In this document: piece by piece, positions 30,851 through 42,500 of the stretch
How the letters are laid out: every line of letters starts with the position of its first letter
Numbering within the stretch: position 1 is the stretch's first letter
Source of the DNA: Tubiluchus corallicola
Taxonomy: Eukaryota > Animalia > Priapulida
NCBI GenBank assembly: GCA_030141605.1
Contig: JAQGDQ010000602.1
Location: 1 to 64,000 of the forward strand
DNA length: 64,000 nucleotides
Direction: 5' to 3'
Notes under the pieces: model-generated
Databases searched by the model: none
What the model saw: only the letters and a program-made list of their open reading frames with translations
What the model was told of the DNA's origin: nothing
Program-made: the position numbers and the translations under genes

Positions 30851-31569
30851 GTATGTTGGTGTTTGGGCTCGAGTTCACCACTACGCTTAGCTGAACGACG
30901 GTAGCTCTAAATAAAGTACATGTGTGACAAAACCAGACCACTCTTAGCCCCGCCTAGGAGCTACAATCTGATTAAGGGAACATGACTAAATACCTAAAAC
31001 TGAATTCACTGAATTTAGGGTTTTTTGTTGATATGAAAGACTGTAAATAAGCTACAACATTTCAGTTTTTCAGACTCAAGCATAAAGCTCCTAAATGCAA
31101 AGCTTATCATACTTACGGCACAGCCGTAACAAGAGTCGACAGTTTTATTGGATGCTGACATTAAGAAAATTTCATGAGCACATCATAACATTTGTTGCTG
31201 GTTTTACTGGGGCTTCCAAAGCTTTTCATCTAAATGGCTTCAATGCAACTGGTGTAATGAATCACTGAATGGAGAAGTGAAAACACATTAATGCATTCAT
31301 AAATTCCACACAGCCTATTCCCACGTGTTAATCACATGAGGATAGAGATTGTTTTACAAGCAACATAATATCACAGAAGCCATTTGCAGAGGCTGATGAC
31401 TTAGAACTGCTGAATATTTCATTACAGTGAAGAGATGTCTTGAAAGAAGCCAGAGCAGTCACCTATAAGCTCGCTATTCTCATTTCAAGAACTCGGTTGA
31501 GATTTAAAAATAGTAATGTAAGAGACTTACAATTTCAAAATTATATATATATATATATATATTATGTAG

Positions 31570-31705
31570 CTTTGGACTTAGGTGTAGATCAAACTGTTCT
31601 TTCAGGTGTAGTGGCCCAAGTCTCTGGAATGTACTTCCATATGAAATCAGGTCTTTAAAAAATTTTAAAAAGTTTGGACAACTTTTAAAGATGCATTTAT
31701 TCATG
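31570..31705 (+). mobile_element. L2/CR1-group LINE 3' remnant
   Basis: CSFRCSGPSLWNVLPYEIRSLKNFKKFGQLLKMHLF matches the SF...GP.LWN.LP..I......FK..LK..L motif. Confidence 0.65.
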
Positions 31706-32195
31706 CGAGAGACAACTAAATACATTTTGGGGTCTATGAGCTTCTTATTACTGTGACTGAAATATGTGGTTTAGTTGTGATTCTTATATATGAAATCTGG
31801 TGTAGTGTGAACTGTTTTTTCCTTATAGTTTCGAAAATTACTTTATAATACAATAAGTTTTTTCTGTATTTTTATTTTAATTTTACCTAATTTTTTTATG
31901 AAATCTTGTATTATTTAGCTGTATTAAATTGTCACGTCAGTATTACTAAAGGACGACTTCTCAACTGTAAAACTTTGTGAAGCTTGTAGTTCTGTTTCAT
32001 GCACTTTTTGCTGATAACGCATATCATACAACCAGTTTTTAGTGTCATCACAGCACTGTGAGTTCACTGCCTTAAAATACGTCAATATGAACGTGAAAAC
32101 ACCCGTTGAGTTTCAAACTGAAAAACAACTTGAAATAAGTGTTACTAAAACTGAGAGATGCCATATTAGCTTCATGTTAAAGGACAAGAAAAGGG

Positions 32196-32850
32196 GTACC
32201 TGAAGTTGGTCTCAGAAAAATCGCCTTAAAAAATTATATTACTTTATAGCAATTTTAGGCGTATATTGTACTTGCATTCAAAGAAATTTTTGTTTGTTTT
32301 CATTTTAAATCTCCTGCAATACTGTTCCGAAGGCGCCATTCCATGATGTCACTACGCAAACATAAATCAGGGGAAGAAAAGGAAATGTTAAATTATGTCC
32401 TAAAAAACTCTACATGCAAATATCTATTACTTAGCTTTTCGCTAACGTGCTGGAAAGACTACTATAACTAGAAATTTTTTTTAATTATTTAAAATGTTTT
32501 CACCAATAGATAAAATGTCGCTGACTCACCCTCCAGGGCACACCACTCACCAACTAAAAACGTATTTTTAATCTTATTGACAAGATACAGTAATTTAAAA
32601 TTTTACTCAGTTAGTGATGTGTGCTCTGATTATTTTTTCAAAGTTTACAAAATGCTATCTAAACTTATTTAAAATGGCTGCGTTAAAATGGCTGCGTCTA
32701 ACTGTCATCGGGGGAGTTTAAATTTACATGCTTCATACAGCGTGAATGGCGATTGAACTCCTGTATGCAAAAAGGTAGTATGAAAGTGATATAAAATTTT
32801 AAAACGAGTTTTTTAACCTTTATGTTTATGAGGAGTTTTCTTGTGTTTTA
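32196..32850 (+). mobile_element. Second copy of the about 660-bp dispersed repeat
   Basis: Colinear with 18476-19142. Confidence 0.75.
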
Positions 32851-33641
32851 AAGGGTACAGTAACTTACAGCAATTCAAACTAAATACAAATATTAGAATC
32901 TTAAGCTTGCAATTATTATAAGAAACCCAGTCAATGGTGAGATTACTTCTATGATTTTCGCACTACATTAAAGGAAAGGAAAAGTGATTTAGCATGTTGG
33001 GTTTATTTTCTTGTTATCAGTTAAACTTAGAAAAATATAAGAAAGAAATCTTAAAAAAAACTGTTTATAATGCATAAATTTCACTAATATCACTGCTGAA
33101 CAGGAATTTTCAGGCACAGTGGTATCCACCATTCACTTGAAAATGATGACATAACTGACAGACTTTGTGGCTTTCCGTAAATGTATCGTAAGTTTTCTGT
33201 AAGCGCGCGCTGCTTGAACTAATTCAAACTTCTGTTTTTTTGCAAAAACTTTTTATACTAACAAACATCATCATTAGTGGGAGAATGGGCATTCAAATCG
33301 GGAGTGCAAAATGATTCTCGTGATCCTTTAAAATGACTTTTGTAATCACAAAAAGTGCTTATCACACTTTTGTTACAATATTGTTCTAACACTTTTGTGA
33401 ACATTGAAATAAGTCTCGGACAGCTTGGCCGTTCTTTGTTATACTTATTTATGTTCCAAAAATTATGAAGTATGACCTGCACATAAATGGAGGTAGTTAA
33501 CATACCAAGTTAACAGGTTGACATAACTGATATATTCTGATATGATAATAATAATATTCATCTAACATAATTTCCGAAAAAATAGATCAGGACAACTAAA
33601 AAGTCGATGCACATAATTAGTAAAACAAGAGCAAGTTGGTG

Positions 33642-34196
33642 TAGGGTTAGCATACGTCCGGGTTTCCCCGGACACGTCCTCTTTTTGGGCCTCTGTCCGG
33701 GCGGGTTTTCAGAAAATCGGCAGTTTGTCCGGGTTTTGCCTCAATCCGTATGTACGGACGTTGCCAACTGCAGAGGCGTACGACAGTATGAGACAAAGAA
33801 AAGCTCATTAATTTTCAATGTAAGATGTTGCTAACATCTCAAAATGCAAGCCTTGTAAAAGCTTTGTGTACATATTTACTGAACAAAAGTAAGCGATGCG
33901 CACATCACTATGGGTCACCCGACTCGCACCGCTGTCGATACTCGGCGTATTCGCTAACGACTTAAAATGATGTCAGCTTCCGGGAGCCGTTTTGTTAGTT
34001 TTTATGTGAATTTCTTTAAATTTGTATGTATTTGCAGTATAGCGATTTGGTATTGCTATTAGAATACATGTAGGCCTATTTGTATAATTTGCATTTTACT
34101 TTGCATTGTTTTAATAGACCCTAGACTGGTCATTTTTGCCTACTTACAAGTGTGCGAAGTGTCCTCTTTTTCAACTCAGACAATATGGTAACCCTA
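33642..34196. mobile_element. hAT-family MITE, 555 bp
   Basis: TIRs TAGGGTTAGCATA / TATGGTAACCCTA. 8-bp flanks AGTTGGTG / AGTTGGTA (7/8). Subterminal GTCC/CCGG motifs. Confidence 0.85.
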
Positions 34197-34519
34197 AGTT
34201 GGTACGAAATGGGACTAGAAATTAGAGTGCATCTTTTTACACACCATTCCTTATTGACATTTCAAAGACTTTACCAAAAGGTCTTTGGGCACAGAGGGAA
34301 TAACAAACTCCGGAAAATTTGAATGCCACAGCTAAAGTTGCTATTTGCAAATGCTATAGTATAATCCATAATTTAGAGATGGAGATATTAGCATGAATGC
34401 TGTCCGCCCTGCCACTATACTAAACTAGTTTAAACTTAAATGTTAAATATAGCGTCACCATCACAGATAGAGTGCGGTCATGACATCAGAACATTTAGTT
34501 CCCATTGGGGTAGCATGGG

Positions 34520-34670
34520 ATTGATGAATTCTGCTGCCAGTGCCAGTAAAGACGTTCCTTCAATTGCTGAATGCTTGTTGCCTCAACTACATTTTGCTGG
34601 AAGCCTGTTCCATGGATCGATAACTCTGAATGAAAATACATGCTGGCGTTTTGACCAATAAATTCGGCTG
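34520..34670 (-). mobile_element. CR1-type LINE 3' remnant
   Basis: RQHVFSFRVIDPWNRLP (frameshift) NVVEATSIQQLKERLYWHW. Confidence 0.7.
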
Positions 34671-34959
34671 AAGCAATTTTAACTATAGCGCTGCATCTAG
34701 TACTGCCATTCAACTTAGCAGTGATAAAACAGTGACTCTGAGAAATCTAGGTCTTTTTAACACTTCTGCTTAAACGAATCTCTGACTTGCTTACTTTTAG
34801 CATAAGTGCTTACCACATACACTAAAAGTAACGGCAATAAACCTATAGTATAGGCACTACAAACACAACAACTACTAGTCAAACAGTAACAAATGTACAG
34901 TTCTACACTACACTAGTGATTATCATACGGCGAATACTAAACATTAAATAACAACTTAC

Positions 34960-35240
34960 CAGCAACATTCCGCTGAACTTGATCCGACAAGTACTCCAAC
35001 CATACTTTCCAACGCTCTAATTTCTACTGCTAATATTACCAGGTCCTGTCATCTAGTAAGGACCGTTATCAGCCCTCCACTCCACGGCACATGATAAGCG
35101 ATACGGGAAATCGCAAAATCAGCCACAAAGGACAATAAAATATTGGCCCAACATTGGCCTTTGCTCCACACCACTACACTCATAGCCACACTCAAAACAG
35201 GAACATAACAACTATACAATGAAGAACGCGACGCCAATGG
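34960..35240 (-). other. Candidate non-coding first exon of the RhoGEF gene
   Basis: Consensus donor TG|GTAAGT at 34960/34959 below a non-repetitive, GC-elevated segment, downstream of the ARRDC copy A 3' end. The 5' boundary is a guess. Confidence 0.3.
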
Positions 35241-36578
35241 AATGACACAGAAAAGAACATAAACTCCGCAAATATTAGCTTATTAACTAAGCTTTTTAAC
35301 TGAAACAAAAGCACCATTAATAGCTTACAAGGTACAGGGAATATTACTAGTAATAACTGTAAGCAACAACCATATGCAATGGAAAATTGGACAAGCCTCG
35401 ACAATAACAGCTACATGCACAAACATGCAACTGTAAAAACAACAAATACAACAACAGTAATATGACTTGTAGAAGTAGTACAGCAGCGACAACTACAGTT
35501 TTGGCAACTGGTAAAACTTTATCCGTGCTTGCAAACAAGCAAAAACAACTATACTGAAAACAGTAAACAGTAAAATGAAACTGATTTTATGATTATGACT
35601 AGTGGCAAAGTCAATTTGGCAGTCACGCTTCCATGAGATCCATTGGTCGTGTCAATATTCTATACAGTAACTGCTAATTAAACTGGAAAAATAAGATTTG
35701 CATCATTCGTGTAACTGAAAAAACAATTTATTTAAGAGTACTGTACGACATTTATGAAATAACAAACATGAAACAATAAATATTATAATTATTATAATTA
35801 TAATAAAATATAATTTTATTTCTTTACATTTGTGCAATAGTATAACATATTAATAAAAAAATAAATGTACATTTATTAATAAAACACATTTTTGTATAAC
35901 TAGTTGTAAATACTTTTTAGTTCTTACACGTTTCTTAACCCTTTAGAATTAAAAATTCGAATTTATGTGCAATTCTGTACTAAAATGAAGCATTGCTAAA
36001 ATAAAATCTGCGGTACTTTTTTCAATCTAGTGCAGTTTTGATGCCGATAATTACACCAGTTAAACACTGCAAGCAGTACATCTAACTTGCCTTTAAGCAG
36101 CTTCCAAAGTCTACCTCGAGTAGCGGTGAACATTCTCTACCATGAAGCGAATTCAAATCAAACTGAATTTCAGTATTTTGAATTGGAATCGAATTTGAAT
36201 TGAGTTTAAAAGATTTTTGAACTGCCAGTAAAAAGTGATCTTACACGGATCATGCATATTGCTCGATTCATAGACATATCAGAGCTATAAGACGTATTAC
36301 TGTACTAATGTATTTGCAGCATCACTTTCGCGATCCTCTAGTTCTTCTCTTTCAGTTTCTCTAGTCAAACACAGTACAAGGTTGCTTGAGAGATCTACGG
36401 CACTTTAGAAAACTACTACCCATATTGTTATTGTGAAACCTACACGCAGTTCGATTACAATGTACACACAAAGCGTAGAAAAAATTTTTCTCGGTTTTGC
36501 ATTTAACTCATTTCACATTTACAGACAGTCGGGTACAAACAAGTATTTGGTTCTGTCCCACTTTAGTCTCATTCGTAT

Positions 36579-39500
36579 TTATTGAATCCCGAAGTAGGGA
36601 TAAACTGGAGCATAGTTAAGGTTCCCCATCGTGTAGTCCGTGTCATCTTCGCCTTTGATATCTACGGGACCAGAAAAGGTTTCAAAGTACGAAGGTGGTG
36701 CTGAAATGGAAGAGAAAAAAGACAGTGAGAAAATGAAAACACGAAACAACAACATCAAGGTCACTGACAAGTTTTGGTTTCAAGAAAAAGCAAAGTATTC
36801 TTTAAGTTCAAAGGAAAGGCAAAGCCTCCAGAGAAGTTAAGCTTATTTTAATGTTCGCAAAAACGTTAGGATTTGTTAATAAAAATGTGATAAATGAAAA
36901 GTCACGATTTTCAAGTAGTACAGCAGTAGTATGAATAAATGTTGTGTTTAAAGACAGTTTTTTGCAATTTTTTCCTTATATTTTGCTAAGCCTAAGTGAT
37001 AATAGTAACTTAACACAACATGCTAAGTGAATTGTCTTGCCTTTAAAAAGCACAAAAGAAACAATTTATGTTTCAGAGCACATGTGAGCTGGCCACTGAT
37101 AATTGCAAAATAATTAAAAATTGGTAGCGACGTAAATAGTGGTAAGCGGGACTTGACATCCACACTGGGTGGTAACTTTGGTGACCGGTCATTTTGCAAG
37201 AGCTGGCGCTATAGTACTACACATTTTGCAACAGGTGGCGCTACGGTACTACACATTTTGCAACAGGTGGCACTAAGGTACTACACATTTTGCAACAGGT
37301 GGCGCTAGGGTATTACACAATAACTGCAAAGCGAACTTTTATTTCATTCTGCAATTTTTAACACAGTGAAAAATTGCAGAATGAAATAATTTAATGGCAC
37401 AATGCAAATACTTTTAAGTACGTGTTTCTGTTGTAGTCGTAAGAAAGTTACATTTAAGGAAGCAGGAAAATCTGACTACCCGACAGGGCAACCAAAACTC
37501 ACGGTACACTAGCGGCAAAGCGAACATTTGAAAATATGGCAAATTCCTAATTTACACGACATTAAATGGTAAGCTCTCCTAAATTAACAAAGAAAAGTAG
37601 CAGTCAACTTTCTATTACAGGCACTTAACACTAAAACAACTTTAAGAAAAGTAAACTTTATAAAAGTTCTAATATTTTTAAGTATAAAAGTAGCAATTTC
37701 TAAATTTCTCTTTCAATATAGGCAAAATTTAAATGAAAACACTTACGAGCATCCGGGTAATTTTCAAAACCAGGTGGCAACGGTTCTGTTAGTTGCCCTT
37801 GCTGTGCGGGAAAGGCAAAACTGGAGAACAGTTCACGCAATGGAATTGTACCGATCACCACCGGTAATTGTAACTTGAGGTTCAACGCTGGACCAGCAGG
37901 ACTAACATGTACCTGTTCATGAGAAAAATTCATGTAATGAGATACGAAAGTAAGAATTTTTATTTACCTCCTGTTTAATCCAGTATAGAGGACAAACACC
38001 ATTCTTATCTCTCTAGCTTGTCTGGGTTAATCAGTGGCGGCTTGTGTATAGGTACTGTGGAACTGCAGCACCCCCTATTTTCACTCAGGATTATCAATAA
38101 TATTCAATATAATAAGTCTTTTTTGCTTTAGTTCTTTGTTTATACTGTATGGAACCAGAGCACGTGAGGGTAGTACTGTTTGCTTCACAGTGCACTCGTA
38201 TAGGTATAGGTACTGTGGAACTGCAGCACCCCCTATTTTCACTCAGGATTATCAATAATATTCAATATAATAAGTCTTTTTTCCTTTAGATCTTTGTCTA
38301 TACTGTACGGAACCAGAGCATGTGAGGGTAGTACTGTTTGCTACACAGTGCACTCGTATAGGTATAGGTACTGTGGAACTGCAGCACCCCCTATTTTCAC
38401 TCAGGATTATCAATAATATTCAATATAAGTCTTTTTTGCTTTAGTTCTTTGTTTATACTGTATGGAACCAGAGCACATGAGGGTAGTACTGTTTGCTTCA
38501 CAGTCCAGCACAGTGCACTCCAGCAATGCAGTGTTTGGCTTTTGTGCACATGTCCAGGTAGAGAAAGTACTGTCGCTCACACAGTTTGTCGTCAGTTGTC
38601 ACAAGCTTACCGTGAATGGCTCAAGCTTGAACTGCAACAATTTAGGCTATTAGTTTAGGATTTTATTAAGTCTATGTGTAAACTTTCATATGTTTGTTTG
38701 TGTAATGGCTAAAATTTTTCTGAAGCAGCAACCCCAATAGTTTTAGCTACGAGCCGCCACTGCGGATAATAATGATAAAATCACAGTACTTGCTGTTATT
38801 TTGTATTAAATCAACATGATGATACTTACATCAACGGTGTACTTGATGTCAATGATGCTACAATAGATGAGGTCAGACGGAGGCGTAGAAGGAACAAGGA
38901 GTTCTGCTGTCCACGTTTCATTCTGTCTTCCTCTTATTTCCTCTCCACGTACAGTACAAATCTCTTCACTTTCTGATCTCGTCTTGCTGGTAGCATGATA
39001 GTGAACATGCTATTAATGATATACATACTTAAATATGTAATTTAGTTTAGTTTAGCTTAGTTTATTTCCAAAATGCCATCAATACAAACTGTTTATATAT
39101 TTTCCAAGAAGCTGTTACTACAACAAATAAACAAAATGTAAATACGCAATTAATTCATATAACGACTCAGGCCAAGAAGGTAGAACTTATACAGGAGTGA
39201 GCAGAAGACGAAATGGAAAGAGAAGATGTAAAAGGTGCAAGAAGGTAGAACTTATACAGGACTGAGCAGAAGACAAAATGGAAAAAGAAATAAAAGGTGC
39301 AAAAAGGTAGAACTTATACAGGACTGAGCAGAAGACAAAATGGAAAGAGAAAAAGTAAAATGTGCAAGAAGGTAGAACTTATAAAGGACTGAGCAGAAGA
39401 CAAAATGGAAAGAGAAGAAGTAAAAGGTGCAAGAAGGTAAGAGAAAAAGTAAAATGTGCAAGTAGAACTTGAACAGGACTGAGCAGAAGACAAAATGGAA

Positions 39501-42500
39501 AGAGAAGAAATAAAAGGTGCAAAAAGGTAGAACTTATACAGGACTGAGCAGAAGACAAAATGGAAAGAGAAGTAAAAGGTGCAAGAAGGGAGAACTTGTA
39601 CAGGACTGAGCAGAAGACAAAATGGAAAGAGAAGAAATAAAAGGTGCAAGAAGGTAGAACTTGTACAGGACTGAGCAGAAGACAAAATGGAAAGAGAAGA
39701 AATAAAAGGTGCAAAAAGGTAGAACTTATACAGGACTGAGCAGAAGACAAAATGGAAAGAGAAGTAAAAGGTGCAAGAAGGGAGAACTTGTACAGGACTG
39801 AGCAGAAGACAAAATGGAAAGAGAAGAAATAAAAGGTGCAAGAAGGTAGAACTTGTACAGGACTGAGCAGAAGACAAAATGGAAAGAGAAGAAATAAAAG
39901 GTGCAAAAAGGTAGAACTTATACAGGACTGAGCAGAAGACAAAATGGAAAGAGAAGTAAAAGGTGCAAGAAGGGAGAACTTGTACAGGACTGAGCAGAAG
40001 ACAAAATGGAAAGAGAAGAAATAAAAGGTGCAAGAAGGTAGAACTTGTACAGGACTGAGCAGAAGACAAAATGGAAAGAGAAGAAATAAAAGGTGCAAAA
40101 AGGTAGAACTTATACAGGACTGAGCAGAAGACAAAATGGAAAGAGAAGTAAAAGGTGCAAGAAGGTAGAACTTGTACAGGACTGAGCAGAAGACAAAATG
40201 GAAAGAGAAGAAATAAAAGGTGCAAAAAGGTAGAACTTGTACAGGACTGAGCAGAAGACAAATCGGAAAGAGAAGAACTAAAAGGTGCAAGAAGGCAGAA
40301 CTTGTACAGGGATGAGCAGAAGACAAAATGGAAAGATAAGAAGTAAAAGGTGCAAGAAAGTAGAACTTGTACAGGACTGAGCAGAAGACAAAATGGAAAG
40401 AGAAGTAAAAGGTGCAAGAAGGTAGAACTTGTACAGGACTGAGCAGAAGACAAAATGGAAAGAGAAGAAATAAAAGGTGCAAAAAGGTAGAACTTGTACA
40501 GGACTGAGCAGAAGACAAAATGGAAAGAGAAGAAGTAAAAGGTGCAAAAAGGTAGAACTTGTACAGGACTGAGCAGAAGACAAATCGGAAAGAGAAGAAC
40601 TAAAAGGTGCAAGAAGGCAGAACTTGTACAGGGATGAGCAGAAGACAAAATGGAAAGATAAGAAGTAAAAGGTGCAAAAAAGTAGAACTTGTACAGGACT
40701 GAGCAGAAGACGAAATGGAAAGATAAGAAGTAAAAGGTGCAAGAAAGTAGAACTTGTACAGGACTGAGCAGAATATAAAATGGAAAGAGAAGGAGTAAAA
40801 GGTGCAAGAAGGTAGAACTTATACAGGACTGAGCAGAAGACGAAATGGAAAGAGAAGAAGTAAGATGTGCAAGAAGGTAGAACTTATACAGGACTGAGCA
40901 GAAGACAAAATGGAAAGAGAAGGTGTAAAAGGTGCAGGATAAAAAGCAAAAAATGAAATAAGAGGGTAGTGAAAATGCGGATTAGATTCGCATGAATGTA
41001 AAGAGAATTTAAGTGTGGAATCGCTGAATTAGTGTACATAGTCGACTGTTTTAGTCTGCAAAAGCAAAAAGGAAGCAAAAATAGCATTCACTCTACGCCT
41101 TTACAACATGCTTCTGTATGCCTACATTTGTTGAAAACCAGGGACACAGTTTAAATTTTAAATGTCTTCAGTTTTTTTCATGATGAGGTAGTACATGTTA
41201 CATATGGGATACTTTACACACAAGTTCATGAAGCGGATTAGAATTAGGGTCAGAATTAGGATTAGGATTAGGGTTGGGGTTAGAGTTACAGTTAGGGTTA
41301 TGATTAAGCTTAGAGTTGAGGCTAGTGTTAGGGTGAGGGTTGGGGTTGGGGTAGGAGTTAGGGTTGGGGTTGAGGCTAGTGTTAGGGTTCGGTTAGGGTG
41401 AGGGTTGGGGTAGGAGTTAGGGTTAGGAATAGGATTACGGTTGGGGTTAGGGTTTGGTTAAGGTGAGTGTTGGGGTTAAAGTTAGGGTATGGTTAAGGTG
41501 AGGGTTGGGGTTAGAGTTAGGGTTAGGATTAAGGTATCGAAATTTGGAGTGTAATTGCAAACTTCTTCCAAATATGCAATCATGAAAATTACACACGTGC
41601 GGTTTTCACAGAGCTTTACGCAGTAATATTGAAAATACTTTCATTTTCGTAAATATTTATTGATTGCACAATGTTGATGCATCGTGTTTGGCAAAAAACG
41701 AAAATGTCATCAACGTTATTGGTGTGTAAGCTATCTCCCCTCTATTTGCGGGACTATGCTCCGACAGTCGCCAGCTATGCTGCAAAAATTCCCCAAATTG
41801 TCGTAAAGTTGTTGTAAGATGCACCAAATCTGCGCAGAAATATTGCCAATTATTCGTGCTTTTCGTTACCAACTTCCCAAAAAACATGGATAACATGTTG
41901 AGACGCTTTTGAGAATTCTGCCACGACTTTGCGACTTTTTGTGCACATTTGGCAGAACCCTTTTCCCAAAAATTTTGTGATATGGTTGTGAAACGATTGC
42001 AACATATTCGTGCAACCGTCATGCGCCCGATTTTCGCCTAAGAAATAAGCCTGAAATTCACAAAAATGTGCCGATATCATGCAGAATTATTTAGAACTTC
42101 ACACAAATCACAGCTGCAGGAATATTCTGGCGACTGTTGGGCTTAGAAAACTTTCAATCGTTGTAAAAAAAAGTTCTAGCCCCGTGAAACCCTCACTTAG
42201 CTAAGCAGAAGCAATGGAAGATGCAATGTTTAGTGAGAATTTGTTTACTACAGAACAACAAACAAACAAGTTTACAAAGTTAATGGGCATTAAAGACAAC
42301 AATTGCACTAACTTTGACTCACAGATTTGAGAACGGCTTGACTGTAGTTGCATCTCCTGCTCGTGTTATTCTGAATTTCGATTCTCACCGGAATCTTCTG
42401 TCCGGGAACGTATCCCGAACGCGGTATCGAAGCTCTACAACTGATGGGGCCAGACTTACAGCACAAACAGCAGACAAACTTCTGATCGTCGGCGTCCGCT

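Noticed and set aside
30283-30941. Poly-Leu/Cys/Gln ORFs
   Set aside because: Trinucleotide repeat open in several frames, with no supporting splice context identified.
39314-40807. 497-aa hydrophobic ORF as a membrane protein
   Set aside because: Translation of a pyrimidine-rich minisatellite within ARRDC-A intron 5; several frames are open and no domain is recognisable.
41236-41535. True telomere or chromosome fusion site
   Set aside because: Short, highly degenerate, single orientation and intronic. More likely a simple or TE-associated repeat.
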